Part shown: positions 23,296-35,574 of the stretch, in pieces
Layout of the letters: every line of letters begins with the position of its first letter
How positions within the stretch are numbered: position 1 is the stretch's first letter
Assembly: GCA_963726245.1 (NCBI GenBank)
Contig: CAVSBT010000015.1
Coordinates: forward strand, 64,001 to 128,000
DNA from: an uncultured Chloroflexia bacterium
Lineage (GTDB): Bacteria > Chloroflexota > Dehalococcoidia > DSTF01 > JALHUB01
Reading direction: 5' to 3'
Length of the DNA: 64,000 nucleotides
The notes under the pieces: model-generated
Told to the model about the DNA's origin: nothing
What the model saw: only the letters and a program-made list of their open reading frames with translations
Database searches by the model: none
Made by a program: the position numbers and the translations under genes

Positions 23296-24088
23296 GGTGC
23301 GCATCGATATCCTGACGCTGTTCCCGGAGGTGTTCCGGGGCCCGTTCGAGGCCAGCATCATCGGTCGCGCCGTGCAGTCGGGCCTGGTAGAGTTCTTCGT
23401 GCACGACATCCGTGACTACGCCGAGGGCCGCCACAAGGTGGTCGACGACTACCCGTTTGGCGGCGGCCCAGGGATGGTGATCAAGCCGGAGCCCCTCTTT
23501 CAGGCCGTGGAGTCGGCGGCGGCCCAGGCCCCACAGAGGGGCCGTGTCGTGTTGCTGACGCCCCAGGGCCGGCTGCTTAGCCAGTCGGTGGCCGAAGAGC
23601 TGGCGTCCGAAGAGCGCCTCATCCTCGTCTGCGGCCACTACGAGGGGGTCGACGAGCGGGTGCGTGAGCACCTGGTAGACGACGAGGTCAGCATAGGCGA
23701 TTATGTGCTATCGGGCGGCGAGTTCCCCGCCCTGGTCGTCGTGGATGCCGTCGTGCGCCGGCTGCCGGGTGCCCTGGGCTCGGAGCTGTCATTGGAGGAG
23801 GAGTCGCACGCCGGGGGGCTTCTGGAGTATCCTCAGTACACGCGCCCGGCTGAGTTTCGCGGCTGGCCGGTGCCGGAGGTGCTCCTCTCCGGCCATCACG
23901 CCGAGGTAGCTCGCTGGCGCCGGCAGCAGAGCCTGCTGCGCACGGCGCGCCGCCGGCCTGACCTTCTGGCCCGCGCCGAGCTGGCGGATGCGGAGCGGCG
24001 CTGGCTGGAGGAGCGGCTGGCTGGAGAGGAAGATCTGCCTCTGGAAGAGGTTATCGGGCGGAAGAAATCCAGGACGGCATCGTCCTGA
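23288..24088 (+). CDS. trmD: tRNA (guanine-37-N1) methyltransferase
   Basis: [40 protein letters not shown]. Confidence 0.97.
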   Translation: MARVRIDILTLFPEVFRGPFEASIIGRAVQSGLVEFFVHDIRDYAEGRHKVVDDYPFGGGPGMVIKPEPLFQAVESAAAQAPQRGRVVLLTPQGRLLSQSVAEELASEERLILVCGHYEGVDERVREHLVDDEVSIGDYVLSGGEFPALVVVDAVVRRLPGALGSELSLEEESHAGGLLEYPQYTRPAEFRGWPVPEVLLSGHHAEVARWRRQQSLLRTARRRPDLLARAELADAERRWLEERLAGEEDLPLEEVIGRKKSRTASS

Positions 24089-24103
24089 GAGCAGGATAGG
24101 CCA

Positions 24104-24454
24104 ATGGACGCCAAGAGCGCTGTCGAGCTGAAAGAGAACCCCAACATCCCTGGCTTCAAGCCCGGAGACACCCTGCGCGTCAGCGCTAAGGTGGTGGAGG
24201 GGGACCGCGAGCGCACCCAGACCTTCCAGGGAGTGGCCATACGGGTGCGGCGCGGAGGCCCGGCCTCCACTTTCACGGTGCGACGCATCTCCCACGGGGT
24301 TGGGGTAGAGCGCACCTTCATGTTCCACTCGCCTCGCCTGGAGAAGGTGGAGGTCCTTCGAGAGGGCCGGGTGCGCCGTGCCAAGCTCTACTACCTGAGG
24401 GGTCTGACCGGCAAGGCCGCCCGCATCAAGGAGAAGGGGCGCGCCCCCAAATAG
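24104..24454 (+). CDS. rplS: 50S ribosomal protein L19
   Basis: [37 protein letters not shown]. Confidence 0.98.
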   Translation: MDAKSAVELKENPNIPGFKPGDTLRVSAKVVEGDRERTQTFQGVAIRVRRGGPASTFTVRRISHGVGVERTFMFHSPRLEKVEVLREGRVRRAKLYYLRGLTGKAARIKEKGRAPK

Positions 24455-24477
24455 GGTGTCGGCCAGTCTTTCCGGTG

Positions 24478-24549
24478 TGTCACCCTGAGCGAAGCGAAGG
24501 GTCTCGCCGAACCGGATTCTTCGTCCGCCTCGGCGGACTCAGAATGACA
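24478..24549. repeat. REP-like palindromic element
   Basis: TGTCACCCTGAGCGAAGCGAAGG...TTCTTCG[TCCGCCTCGGCGGA]CTCAGAATGACA: imperfect inverted ends with a nested CCGCC/GGCGG hairpin. Confidence 0.75.
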
Positions 24550-24565
24550 GGCGCGCGGCGGAGCC

Positions 24566-27344
24566 ATGCCCTACGCTGAAGTGGCCGTCAACGCCGCCAT
24601 TCCTCACCGACGCGCCTTCAGCTACTCGGTGCCGGCAGGAGATGCGCCTTGATGTGGGGCAGGCCGTCTACGTCCCTTTCGGCCGTCGCACCCTCCAGGG
24701 CATCGTCCTCGAACTGCCGGAGGTCCCCTCTTACCCGGAGACGCGTGACGTCCTGGCGCCCCTGACAGAAGGGCCTATCCTCTCGCCGGCACAGGTCGCC
24801 CTCGGGCGCTGGATCAGCGAGGAGTACCTGGCGCCGCTCTTCCTGTCGCTGGCCCTCATGCTGCCCCCGGGATTCGAACAGAAGCCCCTCACCTACGTCG
24901 TGTCCCTGGTCGGCGACGAGGAAGTCGCGGCACTCGACCTGTCGCTCCGGCAGCGGGAGGTGCTCGCGGTGCTGCTGGCGGATGGCCGCCAGGAGGTCGA
25001 GGAGCTTCGGAAGCGGGCGCGTGTGCCCGCCCTGGCGGCCATCCTGGGCCAGTTGGAGAAGCGAGGCCTCGTGGAGCGGAGCTATGGCCTGGCGCGCTCC
25101 GCATATGCGGCCCAAGGTGCTTGGTCTACTACCGCCTGCTGGTCTCGGCAGAAGAGACCCTCGCCCGCGCCCAGGCGCTCCCCGGCAGCCGGCCTTCGCG
25201 CCGCGCCGAACTCCTGGAGCGCCTGGCTGAAGTCGGCTCACTGCCGCTGGACGTCGCCCGGCGACTGGCCGGCGGCGAGCCGGGCCTGCGCGCCCTGGAG
25301 CGCGCCCGCCTGCTGTCCGCGAATGAGAAGACGGGCGTCGTGAGCCTGTTGGTGGCAGCGGAGCGGGCCCGCGCCGGGGCCCTGGCCCTGCGACGCACGG
25401 CCGTCGAGAGAGCGCAGGCCGCCGCCCTGCGGCTCCTGGCCGTCGAGGGCCCGTCGCTGCCGGCGAGCCAGGTGCGGGCCCGCACCGGGCCTCACCGCCG
25501 CCGCTGCCGCGCCCCTGGTCGAGCAGGGCCTCATCGCCCTCGAGGAGGTGCCGGTGGAGCGCGACCCCCTGGCCGGGCACCACTATCCTCACCGGCCGCC
25601 GCCGGTCCTTACGCCGGAGCAGCAGGGGGTCTACGGCGCCATCGAGGAAGCGCTGGAGGCCTCGGCCCGCGGCGACGGTGCTTCGACAGGCTCAGCACGC
25701 GGCGGCGCCGCCTTCCTGCTGCACGGGGTCACCGGCAGCGGCAAGACGGAGGTCTACCTGAAGGCGCTGGAGAAGACGGTGGCCCTGGGCCGGCGGGGCA
25801 TCGTGCTGGTGCCGGAGATAGCCCTCACCCCCCAGACGGTGCGTCGCTTCGCCGAGCGCTTCCCGGGCCAGGTGGCCGTCATTCACAGCGGCCTCTCCGA
25901 GGGGCAGCTCTTCGACCAGTGGCAGGGCATCCGCCAGGGCCGCTATGCCGTGGTCGTGGGCAGCCGCTCCGCCCTCTTCGCGCCGCAGCCGGACCTGGGC
26001 CTCATCATCATCGACGAGGAGCACGAGTGGACCTACAAGCAGGAGCAGTCGCCCCGCTATCACGCCCGCGAGGCGGCCAGGATGCTGGCCGAGCTAACAG
26101 GCGCCGTCCTTCTGCTCGGCAGCGCCACCCCCGACGTGTGCACCTACCAGCAGGCCCTCGGGGGACAGTATCGCCTCCTTACCCTGCGCCAGCGGGTGCG
26201 GCCCCAGGTGGCCGCCGGAGGCAGCGTCACCCTCGCTACCTCGGAGGCGATGCCGTCCGTGGAGGTGGTGGACCTGCGGGAGGAGCTGATGGCCGGCAAC
26301 CGCAGCATCTTCAGCCGGGCGCTGGCGCAGGAAGTGCGCGCCGTTCTCTCCGCCGGCGAGCAGGCCATCCTGTTCCTCAACCGTCGCGGCGCCGCCAGCT
26401 TCGCCCAGTGCCGCGACTGCGGCTACGTCCCTCACTGCTCGAGCTGCGCTGTGTCCCTCACCTACCATCGCCAGCAGGACCGCCTCGTCTGCCACCAGTG
26501 CAACCGGGGGCGGCGTATGCCCGCTGTTTGCCCTCAGTGCCGGAGCCGCCGGCTGCGGCTGGTCGGCATCGGCGTGGAGCGGGTGGAAGAGGAGGCGATA
26601 AAGACGTTTCCGGGGGCCCGCCTGTTGCGCTGGGACCGCGACGTGACCCGCGGTCGGGGAGCACACGAGCGCATCCTGGCGCGTTTCCTGGCCCGCGAGG
26701 CCGACATCCTGATCGGCACGCAGATGGTGGCCAAGGGGCTGGACATGCCCGCGGTCACCCTGGTCGGCGTGGTGAGCGCCGACGTGAGCCTCCACCTGCC
26801 CGACTTCCGGGCCGGGCGAGCGCACCTTCCAGCTCCTGACGCAGGTGGCGGGACGCGCCGGCCGCGCCCAGACGGGCGCCCGTCCGGGCGCCGGCTCAGG
26901 CAATGGAGAGCGGCCGTCCGGCGACGGGGGCAGCCCGCCGGAGCTGGGGCGCGTCGTCATACAGACCTACACGCCGCAGCACTACGCGATTGTGGCCGCC
27001 GCCCAGCACGACTTCGAGTCCTTCTTCGCCCAGGAGATTGAGCTGAGGCGGCAGCTCGGATACCCGCCCTTCGGCCGCCTGGCCCGGCTGGTCTACTCCC
27101 ACACCAACTCCGCCTACGCCTACCAGGAGGCGGCCCGTCTGGTGCGTGTCCTCCTCAGCAGCGTGACACCCGCGGCCTGCCTGACCTGGAGGTCATGGGC
27201 CCTTCGCCGGCCTACATCGCGCGGCTGCGAGGGCGATACCGCTGGCAGGTGCTGGTGCGCGGTCGCCACCCGGCCGAGCTGCTGGCTGAGGTCTCCCTGC
27301 CCCAGAACTGGGTGCTGGACATCGACCCGGTGACCGTGGCCTGA
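24566..27344 (+). CDS. priA: Primosomal protein N' (several frameshifts)
   Basis: MPYAEVAV, VPFGRR, LLHGVTGSGKTEVY, IDEEHE, four CxxC pairs, GTQMVAKGLD, C-terminal DIDP across frames. Confidence 0.93.
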
Positions 27345-27420
27345 GGAGCTTAGGTTAGCTTCCCGAAGACAGCAGGCGAGGGCATGGGATAGAATAGTTG
27401 CGCAAGAGTGCGCTTGCTGC

Positions 27421-27448
27421 GTAGGGGCGCAGCATGCTGCGCCCCTAC
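27421..27448. repeat. GTAG-type REP palindrome
   Basis: Perfect 28-bp palindrome GTAGGGGCGCAGCATGCTGCGCCCCTAC. Confidence 0.85.
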
Positions 27449-27462
27449 AAAGTGGTGAACGC

Positions 27463-28023
27463 TTGGCTGTGCTGACCATTCGCGTTCTTGGGGACCCCGT
27501 CCTGCGCCGCAAGGCCGGGAGGGTGGCCAAGATAGACGCGTCCATTCAGAAGCTGATCGACGACATGATCGACACGATGCACGCCGCGGGCGGCGTCGGG
27601 CTGGCGGCGCCCCAGGTCGGGCGGCCCCTTCGGGTCGTCGTCATCGAGGTGCCTGCCACCGGGCAGGAGGCGGCGCCCTCCGAGGAGCAAGCCCGGCCCC
27701 GCGGGGAGGTCATCGTCCTCATCAACCCGCAGATTGTCCGCCGGTCCGGCCAGAGGCAGGTAACGGAAGGCTGCCTTTCCGTCCCCGGCTACTGGGGCGA
27801 GATCAACCGCTCTCTGAAGGTAACCGCCAAAGGCCTGAACCGGGAGGGGCGCGAGGTTCGCATCAAGGGCGAAGACCTGCTGGCCCAGGCGCTGGAGCAC
27901 GAGCTCGACCATATCAACGGCGTTCTCTACATCGACCACCTGGAGAGCATCGACCAGTTGGTCAAGATCGAGCCTGAGGAGGAGGAGTCAGGACTGTCTG
28001 AGGCAGCCCGGACAGGTCCCTGA
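27463..28023 (+). CDS. def: Peptide deformylase
   Basis: GVGLAAPQVG, EGCLS, HELDH. Confidence 0.97.
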   Translation: MAVLTIRVLGDPVLRRKAGRVAKIDASIQKLIDDMIDTMHAAGGVGLAAPQVGRPLRVVVIEVPATGQEAAPSEEQARPRGEVIVLINPQIVRRSGQRQVTEGCLSVPGYWGEINRSLKVTAKGLNREGREVRIKGEDLLAQALEHELDHINGVLYIDHLESIDQLVKIEPEEEESGLSEAARTGP

Positions 28024-28026
28024 GGG

Positions 28027-29574
28027 ATGAGGCCCCCGCAGAGAATCTCTCTTTCCCTGGAACCCCCGGTCGAGGCGCTGGTGGGCAGGCTGGCTCACTG
28101 TCTGGCCTTGCGTGGAGTGTCCGCCTATCTTGCCGGCGGCTCCCTCCGCGATGCCATGTGCGGCCGGCCGGTCCGTGACATTGATCTGGCTGTCCAGGGT
28201 GACTCTCTCGCTATTGCCCGCTCCGCCAGCGAGGAGCTAGGCGCGACGTACGTGCCTCTGGACCGGGAGCGTGGCATCGCCCGGCTGGTCTTTCCTGCCG
28301 AGGAGGACGAGGTCCGCTACGTGGACTTCACCCCTCTGCGGGGTGACATCATCGCGGATCTGGCCCTCCGCGACTTCACCATTGACGCCATGGCCGCGGC
28401 TCTGCTTGCCGGCCATGACCTGGAGCTCGTCGACCCGTTCGGCGGGCGCGAAGACCTGGCGAAGGGCGTCGTGCGGGCAGTGGCGCCCACCGCCTTCGAG
28501 GCCGACGGCCTCCGGTTGCTGCGCGGCGTCCGCATCGCGGCCGAGTTGGTCTTCCGCCTGGACAACGTCACGCTGGCCTGGATGCGGGAGCGGGCGGGCC
28601 ACCTGGAGGGCGTGGCGCCCGAGCGCCAGCGCGAGGAGCTGGTGCGCATGCTGGCGACGGGCCGGGGCTCCTTGTCCCTTCGCACCTTGGATGAGCTGAC
28701 GCTCCTGGAACGCATTCTCCCGGAGCTCGCCGCCGCCCGTGGCGTCGAGCAGCCCAAGGAACACTACTGGGACGTCTTCGATCACTCTCTGGAGACGGTG
28801 GAGGCCCTGGATTTCCTGCTGGCCGAGCGTCCGCCGGAGGAGACACGCTGGGCTACCCTCTGGCGGGAGCTTTGGGGGCCCCTGGGCTGGCTTCCGGGCG
28901 GCCGCGCCCACTTCCGAGAGGAGGTGTCGGAAGGGCACCCGCGGCTGGCGATCCTGAAGCTCGGCGCCCTCCTCCACGACATCGCCAAGCCGCAGACCAA
29001 GGCCGCAGACAGCAGAGGGCGGATCCGCTTCCTCGGCCACGCCGCCGCCGGCGCCGACATGGCGAGGAGCATCATGGAGCGGTTGCGCTTCAGCGCTCGA
29101 GAGGTGCGCCTGGTGGCGCTGCTGGTGGAGGAGCACCTGCGCCCGGGCCAGCTCAGCAGCGATGGCGGGCCGCCCAGCAGCCGGGCTCTCTTCCGCTATT
29201 TCCGTGACACCGGCGAGGCAGCCCTCGACGTCCTTATCCTGAGTCTGGCCGACCACCTGGCGGCCCGCGGGCCGAGGATGCGCGTCACCAGTTGGCGCAA
29301 CCATGTCGCCTACGTTAACCACGTCATGGCCCGGCGCCATCAGGAGGAGAGCCTGGTGGAGCGCGTGCGGCTCGTCACCGGCCACGACGTCATGGAGACG
29401 CTGGGCATAGGGCCGGGGCCCGAGGTCGGCCGCCTGGTGAAAGCGGTAGAGGAGGCGCAAGGCGCGGGCGAAGTCCGCACCCGCGAGGAGGCGCTGGCGC
29501 TCATCCGCCGGCTGGGCGGCGTCGTAGTATCGGATGTGGGAGTGGAGGGGACGCCGCCGGCGTCGCGAAGTTAG
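28027..29574 (+). CDS. tRNA nucleotidyltransferase/poly(A) polymerase family with HD domain
   Basis: GGSLRD, DIDL, RDFTIDAMA, DPFGG, LLHDIAKP. Confidence 0.92.
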   Translation: MRPPQRISLSLEPPVEALVGRLAHCLALRGVSAYLAGGSLRDAMCGRPVRDIDLAVQGDSLAIARSASEELGATYVPLDRERGIARLVFPAEEDEVRYVDFTPLRGDIIADLALRDFTIDAMAAALLAGHDLELVDPFGGREDLAKGVVRAVAPTAFEADGLRLLRGVRIAAELVFRLDNVTLAWMRERAGHLEGVAPERQREELVRMLATGRGSLSLRTLDELTLLERILPELAAARGVEQPKEHYWDVFDHSLETVEALDFLLAERPPEETRWATLWRELWGPLGWLPGGRAHFREEVSEGHPRLAILKLGALLHDIAKPQTKAADSRGRIRFLGHAAAGADMARSIMERLRFSAREVRLVALLVEEHLRPGQLSSDGGPPSSRALFRYFRDTGEAALDVLILSLADHLAARGPRMRVTSWRNHVAYVNHVMARRHQEESLVERVRLVTGHDVMETLGIGPGPEVGRLVKAVEEAQGAGEVRTREEALALIRRLGGVVVSDVGVEGTPPASRS

Positions 29575-29598
29575 CGCTTTGAGATAGGTGATGAGGAC

Positions 29599-29627
29599 TT
29601 GACCTCTAGGCCTTTCATGGCTAACGT
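29599..29627 (+). promoter_or_regulatory. Sigma70-type promoter of secDF
   Basis: TTGACC, 17 nt, TAACGT upstream of the TAAGGAG RBS. Confidence 0.55.
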
Positions 29628-29677
29628 CAAAGAGGTTAGTTGGCGCGGCGCGGCTGCGGCCGCAGCGGCGCTAAGGA

Positions 29678-31262
<1,585 letters not shown>

Positions 31263-31263
<1 letters not shown>

Positions 31264-32267
31264 TGTTCGACTTCGTAAAGCGGCGCGATTTCTACTATCT
31301 GCTGTCCTTGCTCGTGCTGGTGCCCGGCATTATCTCGCTGATCATACCGCCCTCCCTGAAGCCCGGCATCGAGTTCACGGGGGGAACCACCTTCACGGTG
31401 CGCTTCGCCCAGACCGTGCACCAGGACGCGCTGCGGACCGCCATATCAGAGCTGGGTCACCCTGAAGCCATCGTCCAGAGCACGGGCGGGAACCAGTTCC
31501 TGGTGCGGACGAAGGAGCTCACGGGAGCGGCGGCGGCGCCCGAGGTGGGTCCGGCGCCCCCTTCGGAGCGGGATACGATCGAGGCCGGGCTTCGACAGCG
31601 GTTCGGCGATTTCCTGGATGCCAACGGCAACGTCAGCAACCGTTTCCTCGACTTCTCCAGCGTCTCGGGGACGGTGTCCGAGGAGATCGGCCGCAGCGCC
31701 GGCATTGCCGTGGTCGCGGCTTCGGTGGCGATTCTTCTTTACATAAGCTGGGCGTTTCGAGCCGTGCCCAAGCCGTTCTTGTACGGCGCGGCGGCCGTCA
31801 TTGCGCTTCTTCATGACGCTCTCCTGGTGCTGGGCATGTTCTCGATCTTCGGGAAGGTGTTCGGTATCGAGATCAACACGATGTTCCTCACGGGACTGTT
31901 GACCGTGATGGGCTTCAGCGTGCACGACACCATTGTGGTCTTCGACCGCATCCGCGAGAACCTCCGCCGTGGTGAGGGGAAGGACTTCAGCGAGTGCGTG
32001 AACGCTAGCTTGAACCAGACGCTGGCGCGGTCCGTGAACACCTCGTTCACCGTGGTGCTGGTGCTGGTGGCCATGCTCCTGATGGGCGGCGTTACAATCC
32101 GTGACTTCCTGCTCGTTCTCCTCATCGGCATTATCTCCGGTACATACAGCTCCATCTTCATCGCCAGCCAGTTGCTGGTCACCTGGGAGGAGAGGGACAT
32201 CCAGCGGCTCTTCGGACGGTTCCTGCCCCGGCGTCGACGGGCGGCGCCGGTGGAGACAGAAGGGTAG
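31263..32267 (+). CDS. secF: Protein translocase subunit SecF (in frame with the SecD C-terminus as read)
   Basis: [34 protein letters not shown]; GGAGG RBS before ATG 31263. Confidence 0.92.
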
Positions 32268-32297
32268 ACCGCCGTCCGGCCCCTCGGAGAATGAAGC

Positions 32298-32664
32298 ATG
32301 CCTGGAGCGGGTTCTGAGCCTACCCGGTTTATGGACCGGGAGATCGAGAGTGGAGGCGACGGAGGACGCCCCGCGGCGGCCCGTAGCCTTCAAGGTCGGT
32401 GGGCGCCGCTACGGCGTGGCCGAGGTGCTGAGCACCTGGGAGGACGAGGCGCCGGGCGCCACACGCGATTGGCGTCAGCGTCACGATCGCACCTTCTACC
32501 GGCTACGGACCGACGAAGGCGACCTCTTCGACATCTACTACGATTGGAACGAGTCCCGCCGCCACCACCGCGACCGCTGGGTGCTGCACCGGCGCCTGTC
32601 GACTGCCCCACCAGCAGCGTCTACGCCAGAGCCCCCGTCTGGAGAAGAGCCGCCCTCGGCCTAA
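32298..32664 (+). CDS. DUF6504-like small protein (frameshift near 32345)
   Basis: PVAFKVGGRRYGVAEVLSTWED, HDRTFYRLRTDEGDLFDIYYD, WVL pattern; family assignment from recall. Confidence 0.6.
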
Positions 32665-32683
32665 GGGGCCATGAGCCTTCGCC

Positions 32684-33523
32684 CTACACCGCCCTCTCGA
32701 TGACATCAGCGTAGAAGCCCCAGTACTCGCGGGGCAGCAGCCGCCCGATGGCCACCATTGTCTGCTCGCGCGCCAGGCGGTCGAGCTCCTCCTGCCCCCC
32801 CGTGGCCGGCAGCTTCAGGCTGAAAGTGGGCCCAAACACGGCGGTGAGGGCGCCGTCGCGCTCCAGGAGACCGACGGGCAGGATCGGCAGGCCGCGGTCG
32901 CTGATGATCTTCAGGAAGAGTCCCACGCCCGGTGTCGCCTCGACAAGCATGCCTTTGCCCCGGGCCTCCGGCATGAGGCCCAGGGGCTCGCCGGGGCGAC
33001 CGTCCCTGCCCTGGGCATAGGCGATGGCCTGGTGCAGGGCGGCGGCGCGCGCCATCACCTTCTCCGGCACACGGGGCATGACCACGAAACCGTACATGCG
33101 GGCGACGCGTCGGAAAGTCCAGCGCCAGAAGCCATCGGGCACGGGCAGGACGCCCAGTCGACGCCCGAACCACTCGCTGGTGATGATCCAGTGGATGTCC
33201 GGCGACTGCGGCCGCCGCTGCGCCACCACCTGGCTGACGTGCATGCCGGCGAAGTGGACATTCAGCCCCGGCCGCTCATAGTGGTTGGCGACCAGGACGA
33301 AGGGCCCCTGAGACGGGATGTTCTCCTCACCCTCCGCCTGCGGCCGCGGCCGGACGTCGCGCAGGGTCCAGCGGGAATCGCCGGCGAAGGAACGCCGCCG
33401 GCCGAGGAGCCAGTCAAGTGCCCAGAGGGCGAGGCCGATGCGCGGGAAGTGGTATACGTTGAGGGCGCCTCCGGCGGAGGCGGGGCCGTCGCTCACGGGT
33501 GGGCCGTCAGGAGCTTCCCTCAA
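32684..33523 (-). CDS. PlsC-like acyltransferase
   Basis: GEENIPSQGPFVLVANHY, LGLMPEA, ILPVG. Confidence 0.75.
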   Translation of the reverse strand: MREAPDGPPVSDGPASAGGALNVYHFPRIGLALWALDWLLGRRRSFAGDSRWTLRDVRPRPQAEGEENIPSQGPFVLVANHYERPGLNVHFAGMHVSQVVAQRRPQSPDIHWIITSEWFGRRLGVLPVPDGFWRWTFRRVARMYGFVVMPRVPEKVMARAAALHQAIAYAQGRDGRPGEPLGLMPEARGKGMLVEATPGVGLFLKIISDRGLPILPVGLLERDGALTAVFGPTFSLKLPATGGQEELDRLAREQTMVAIGRLLPREYWGFYADVIERAV

Positions 33524-34082
33524 GGCGCAGGTAGAGGAAGAGGGCGGCTACGGACTTGGCGTCCTCCAACTCGCCGGTCTCGACCATGCGGAGGAGTTCC
33601 GCCAGCGGAAGCGCCAGCACCTGGATCTCCTCTTCGTCGCCGCCGCCGGCGGGGGCGGGCTCGAGGTCCGTGGCCAGGTAGGCATGAATGTACTCCGTGC
33701 TGTAGCCCGGCGAGACGAGAAACCGGCCTAGACGCCGGAGACGGCCGGGCCGGAAGCCGGTCTCCTCCTGCAGCTCGCGGGCGGCGCAGGCCTCCGGCTC
33801 CTCATCGCCGTCCAGAGTGCCGGCGGGCAGCTCCAGCAGAGGCCGGGCAATCGGATGGCGGTACTGGCGCACCAGCAGAATCTGACCCTCCGCGTCCACG
33901 GCGACGATGACGACGGCGCCGCTGTGCTCGACCACCTCTCGAACGGCCTCGCGGCCGCTGGGCATACGGACGCGGTCGACCCGCAACCTCACCACGGCGC
34001 CCTCATAGAGGCGGCGGCTGGACACGGTTTCCTCCGCGGTCAGGGGCGTGGGCTCAGGAGGCTGTTCGGAGGGAGCGTCCAT
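33507..34082 (-). CDS. NUDIX hydrolase (ADP-ribose pyrophosphatase-like)
   Basis: Nudix box ELPAGTLDGDEEPEACAARELQEETG, DAKS. Confidence 0.93.
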   Translation of the reverse strand: MDAPSEQPPEPTPLTAEETVSSRRLYEGAVVRLRVDRVRMPSGREAVREVVEHSGAVVIVAVDAEGQILLVRQYRHPIARPLLELPAGTLDGDEEPEACAARELQEETGFRPGRLRRLGRFLVSPGYSTEYIHAYLATDLEPAPAGGGDEEEIQVLALPLAELLRMVETGELEDAKSVAALFLYLRLEGSS

Positions 34083-34651
34083 CAGGAAACGGAATCGGCC
34101 GGATGGGCCCGGGCGGGCTGCTGTCCGCGGTCGGCCGCGTGGCCGCCTTCCAGATCGAGGACCATCGCTATCTCGTTGCAGCCGGGGAACTTGGGGCAGC
34201 GATAGCACTCGTTCCACACCTTACGAGGCAGGGTCATGACGTCCGCCTGGCGGAAGCCCAGCTTCTCGAAGAACGGGGGGCGGTAGGTCAGGGCGAAGAC
34301 GGTCTTCACACCGAGCGTCCGCGCCTCCTCCACGCACGCCTGCACCAGGACGACACCCAGGCCCTGAGCCTGACTCTCCTCGCGTACGGACAGGGATCTT
34401 ACCTCCGCCAGATCCTCCCACATGACATGCAGTGCCACGCAGGCCAGTATCTGCTGATCGTCGCGAATCACGAAGAAGTCACGCAGGTTCTCGTAGACCT
34501 CGGCCAGGCTGCGGGGCAGCATCTCGCCGCGCTGGGCGAAGTAGTTCACCAGGCTGAGGATCGAGGAGGCATCGCCGACGGTCGCCTTCTCGACCCGCAG
34601 GCGCGGCGCGACGGCGCCGCCTTTGCGTCGGGTCTCCGCCCGCGTGCTCAT
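34082..34651 (-). CDS. argA: Short ArgA-type GNAT (amino-acid N-acetyltransferase)
   Basis: MLPRSL, LAEVRSL, FALTY, LPRKVWNECYRCPKFPGCNEIAM. Confidence 0.8.
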   Translation of the reverse strand: MSTRAETRRKGGAVAPRLRVEKATVGDASSILSLVNYFAQRGEMLPRSLAEVYENLRDFFVIRDDQQILACVALHVMWEDLAEVRSLSVREESQAQGLGVVLVQACVEEARTLGVKTVFALTYRPPFFEKLGFRQADVMTLPRKVWNECYRCPKFPGCNEIAMVLDLEGGHAADRGQQPARAHPADSVS

Positions 34652-35574
34652 GGGCGCCCCCTGTCCTGGCGCGCCGGATCGGCCTGTCCGCCTGCCGGGC
34701 GGGCAGACGGCGACTCCTCGGGCTGCCGCACCCAGTTCAGGCGACGGGCCACGCGGGCGTAGAAGTCTGAGGGCGGGCTCAAGCGCAGAAAGCGGGCTAC
34801 GTGCGGGCTCAGCCGCACGTGCAGCGTCTGCGAGAGGGTGAGCTCGGGGCCGGGCTCTCCGTCGACGCTGACCATGGCCCGCTGGTCGGCTGCCATCGCC
34901 ACCTCCACCAGCGCCGTCGAAGGCAGGACCACAGAGTGCCGCTCTGCCAGGTGAGGCGCCACGGGAGTGACGACGATCTCCCTGCACTCCGGGTAGAGGA
35001 TGGGTCCGCCCAGGGCCAGGGAGTAGGCCGTGCTCCCCGTGGCTGTGGCCACGATGACGCCATCGGCGCGGTAGTCCGCGACCTTGATGCCGTCCGCCAG
35101 GACGGCGAGTTGGAGCAGGCGGGCGGCGCCGCCGCGGCTCACGACGACATCGTTGAGGGCGTTGTGACAGGACTCTTCCTCGCCCCAGACGACGCGGCCG
35201 CTGTCGACGGAGACGACGGCGGCCTGGAGCATGGTTCGCTCCTCGATCCGCCCCTGGCCACTCAGGACCTCGGTCAGACGGCCCATGACGGCGCCCTCGT
35301 CCATCTCGGTCAGGAAGCCGACACGCCCCATGTTCAACCCGAGGAGCAGAGTGCGGTGAGGACCCACGCAGCGGGCGGCGCGCAGCACGGTGCCATCGCC
35401 GCCTATGGACATCAGCAGGTCGGTGCCGGGGATCTGCGCCCTCATGAGCTCCTCGTCCCAAGCGGAGCTCACCCAGACGGCCTCGACCTCCCGTTCGAGC
35501 CGCAGACGCAGCTCGTCGGCCAGGGCGCGGCCCGCAGCCAGCTTCGGGTGGTAGCAGATGCCGATCTTCTTCAC
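34648..35574 (-). CDS. nadK: NAD kinase
   Basis: GGDGTVL, GRVGFL, ALND, DGVIVATATGSTAYSLALGGP. Confidence 0.95.
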   Translation of the reverse strand: MKKIGICYHPKLAAGRALADELRLRLEREVEAVWVSSAWDEELMRAQIPGTDLLMSIGGDGTVLRAARCVGPHRTLLLGLNMGRVGFLTEMDEGAVMGRLTEVLSGQGRIEERTMLQAAVVSVDSGRVVWGEEESCHNALNDVVVSRGGAARLLQLAVLADGIKVADYRADGVIVATATGSTAYSLALGGPILYPECREIVVTPVAPHLAERHSVVLPSTALVEVAMAADQRAMVSVDGEPGPELTLSQTLHVRLSPHVARFLRLSPPSDFYARVARRLNWVRQPEESPSARPAGGQADPARQDRGRP

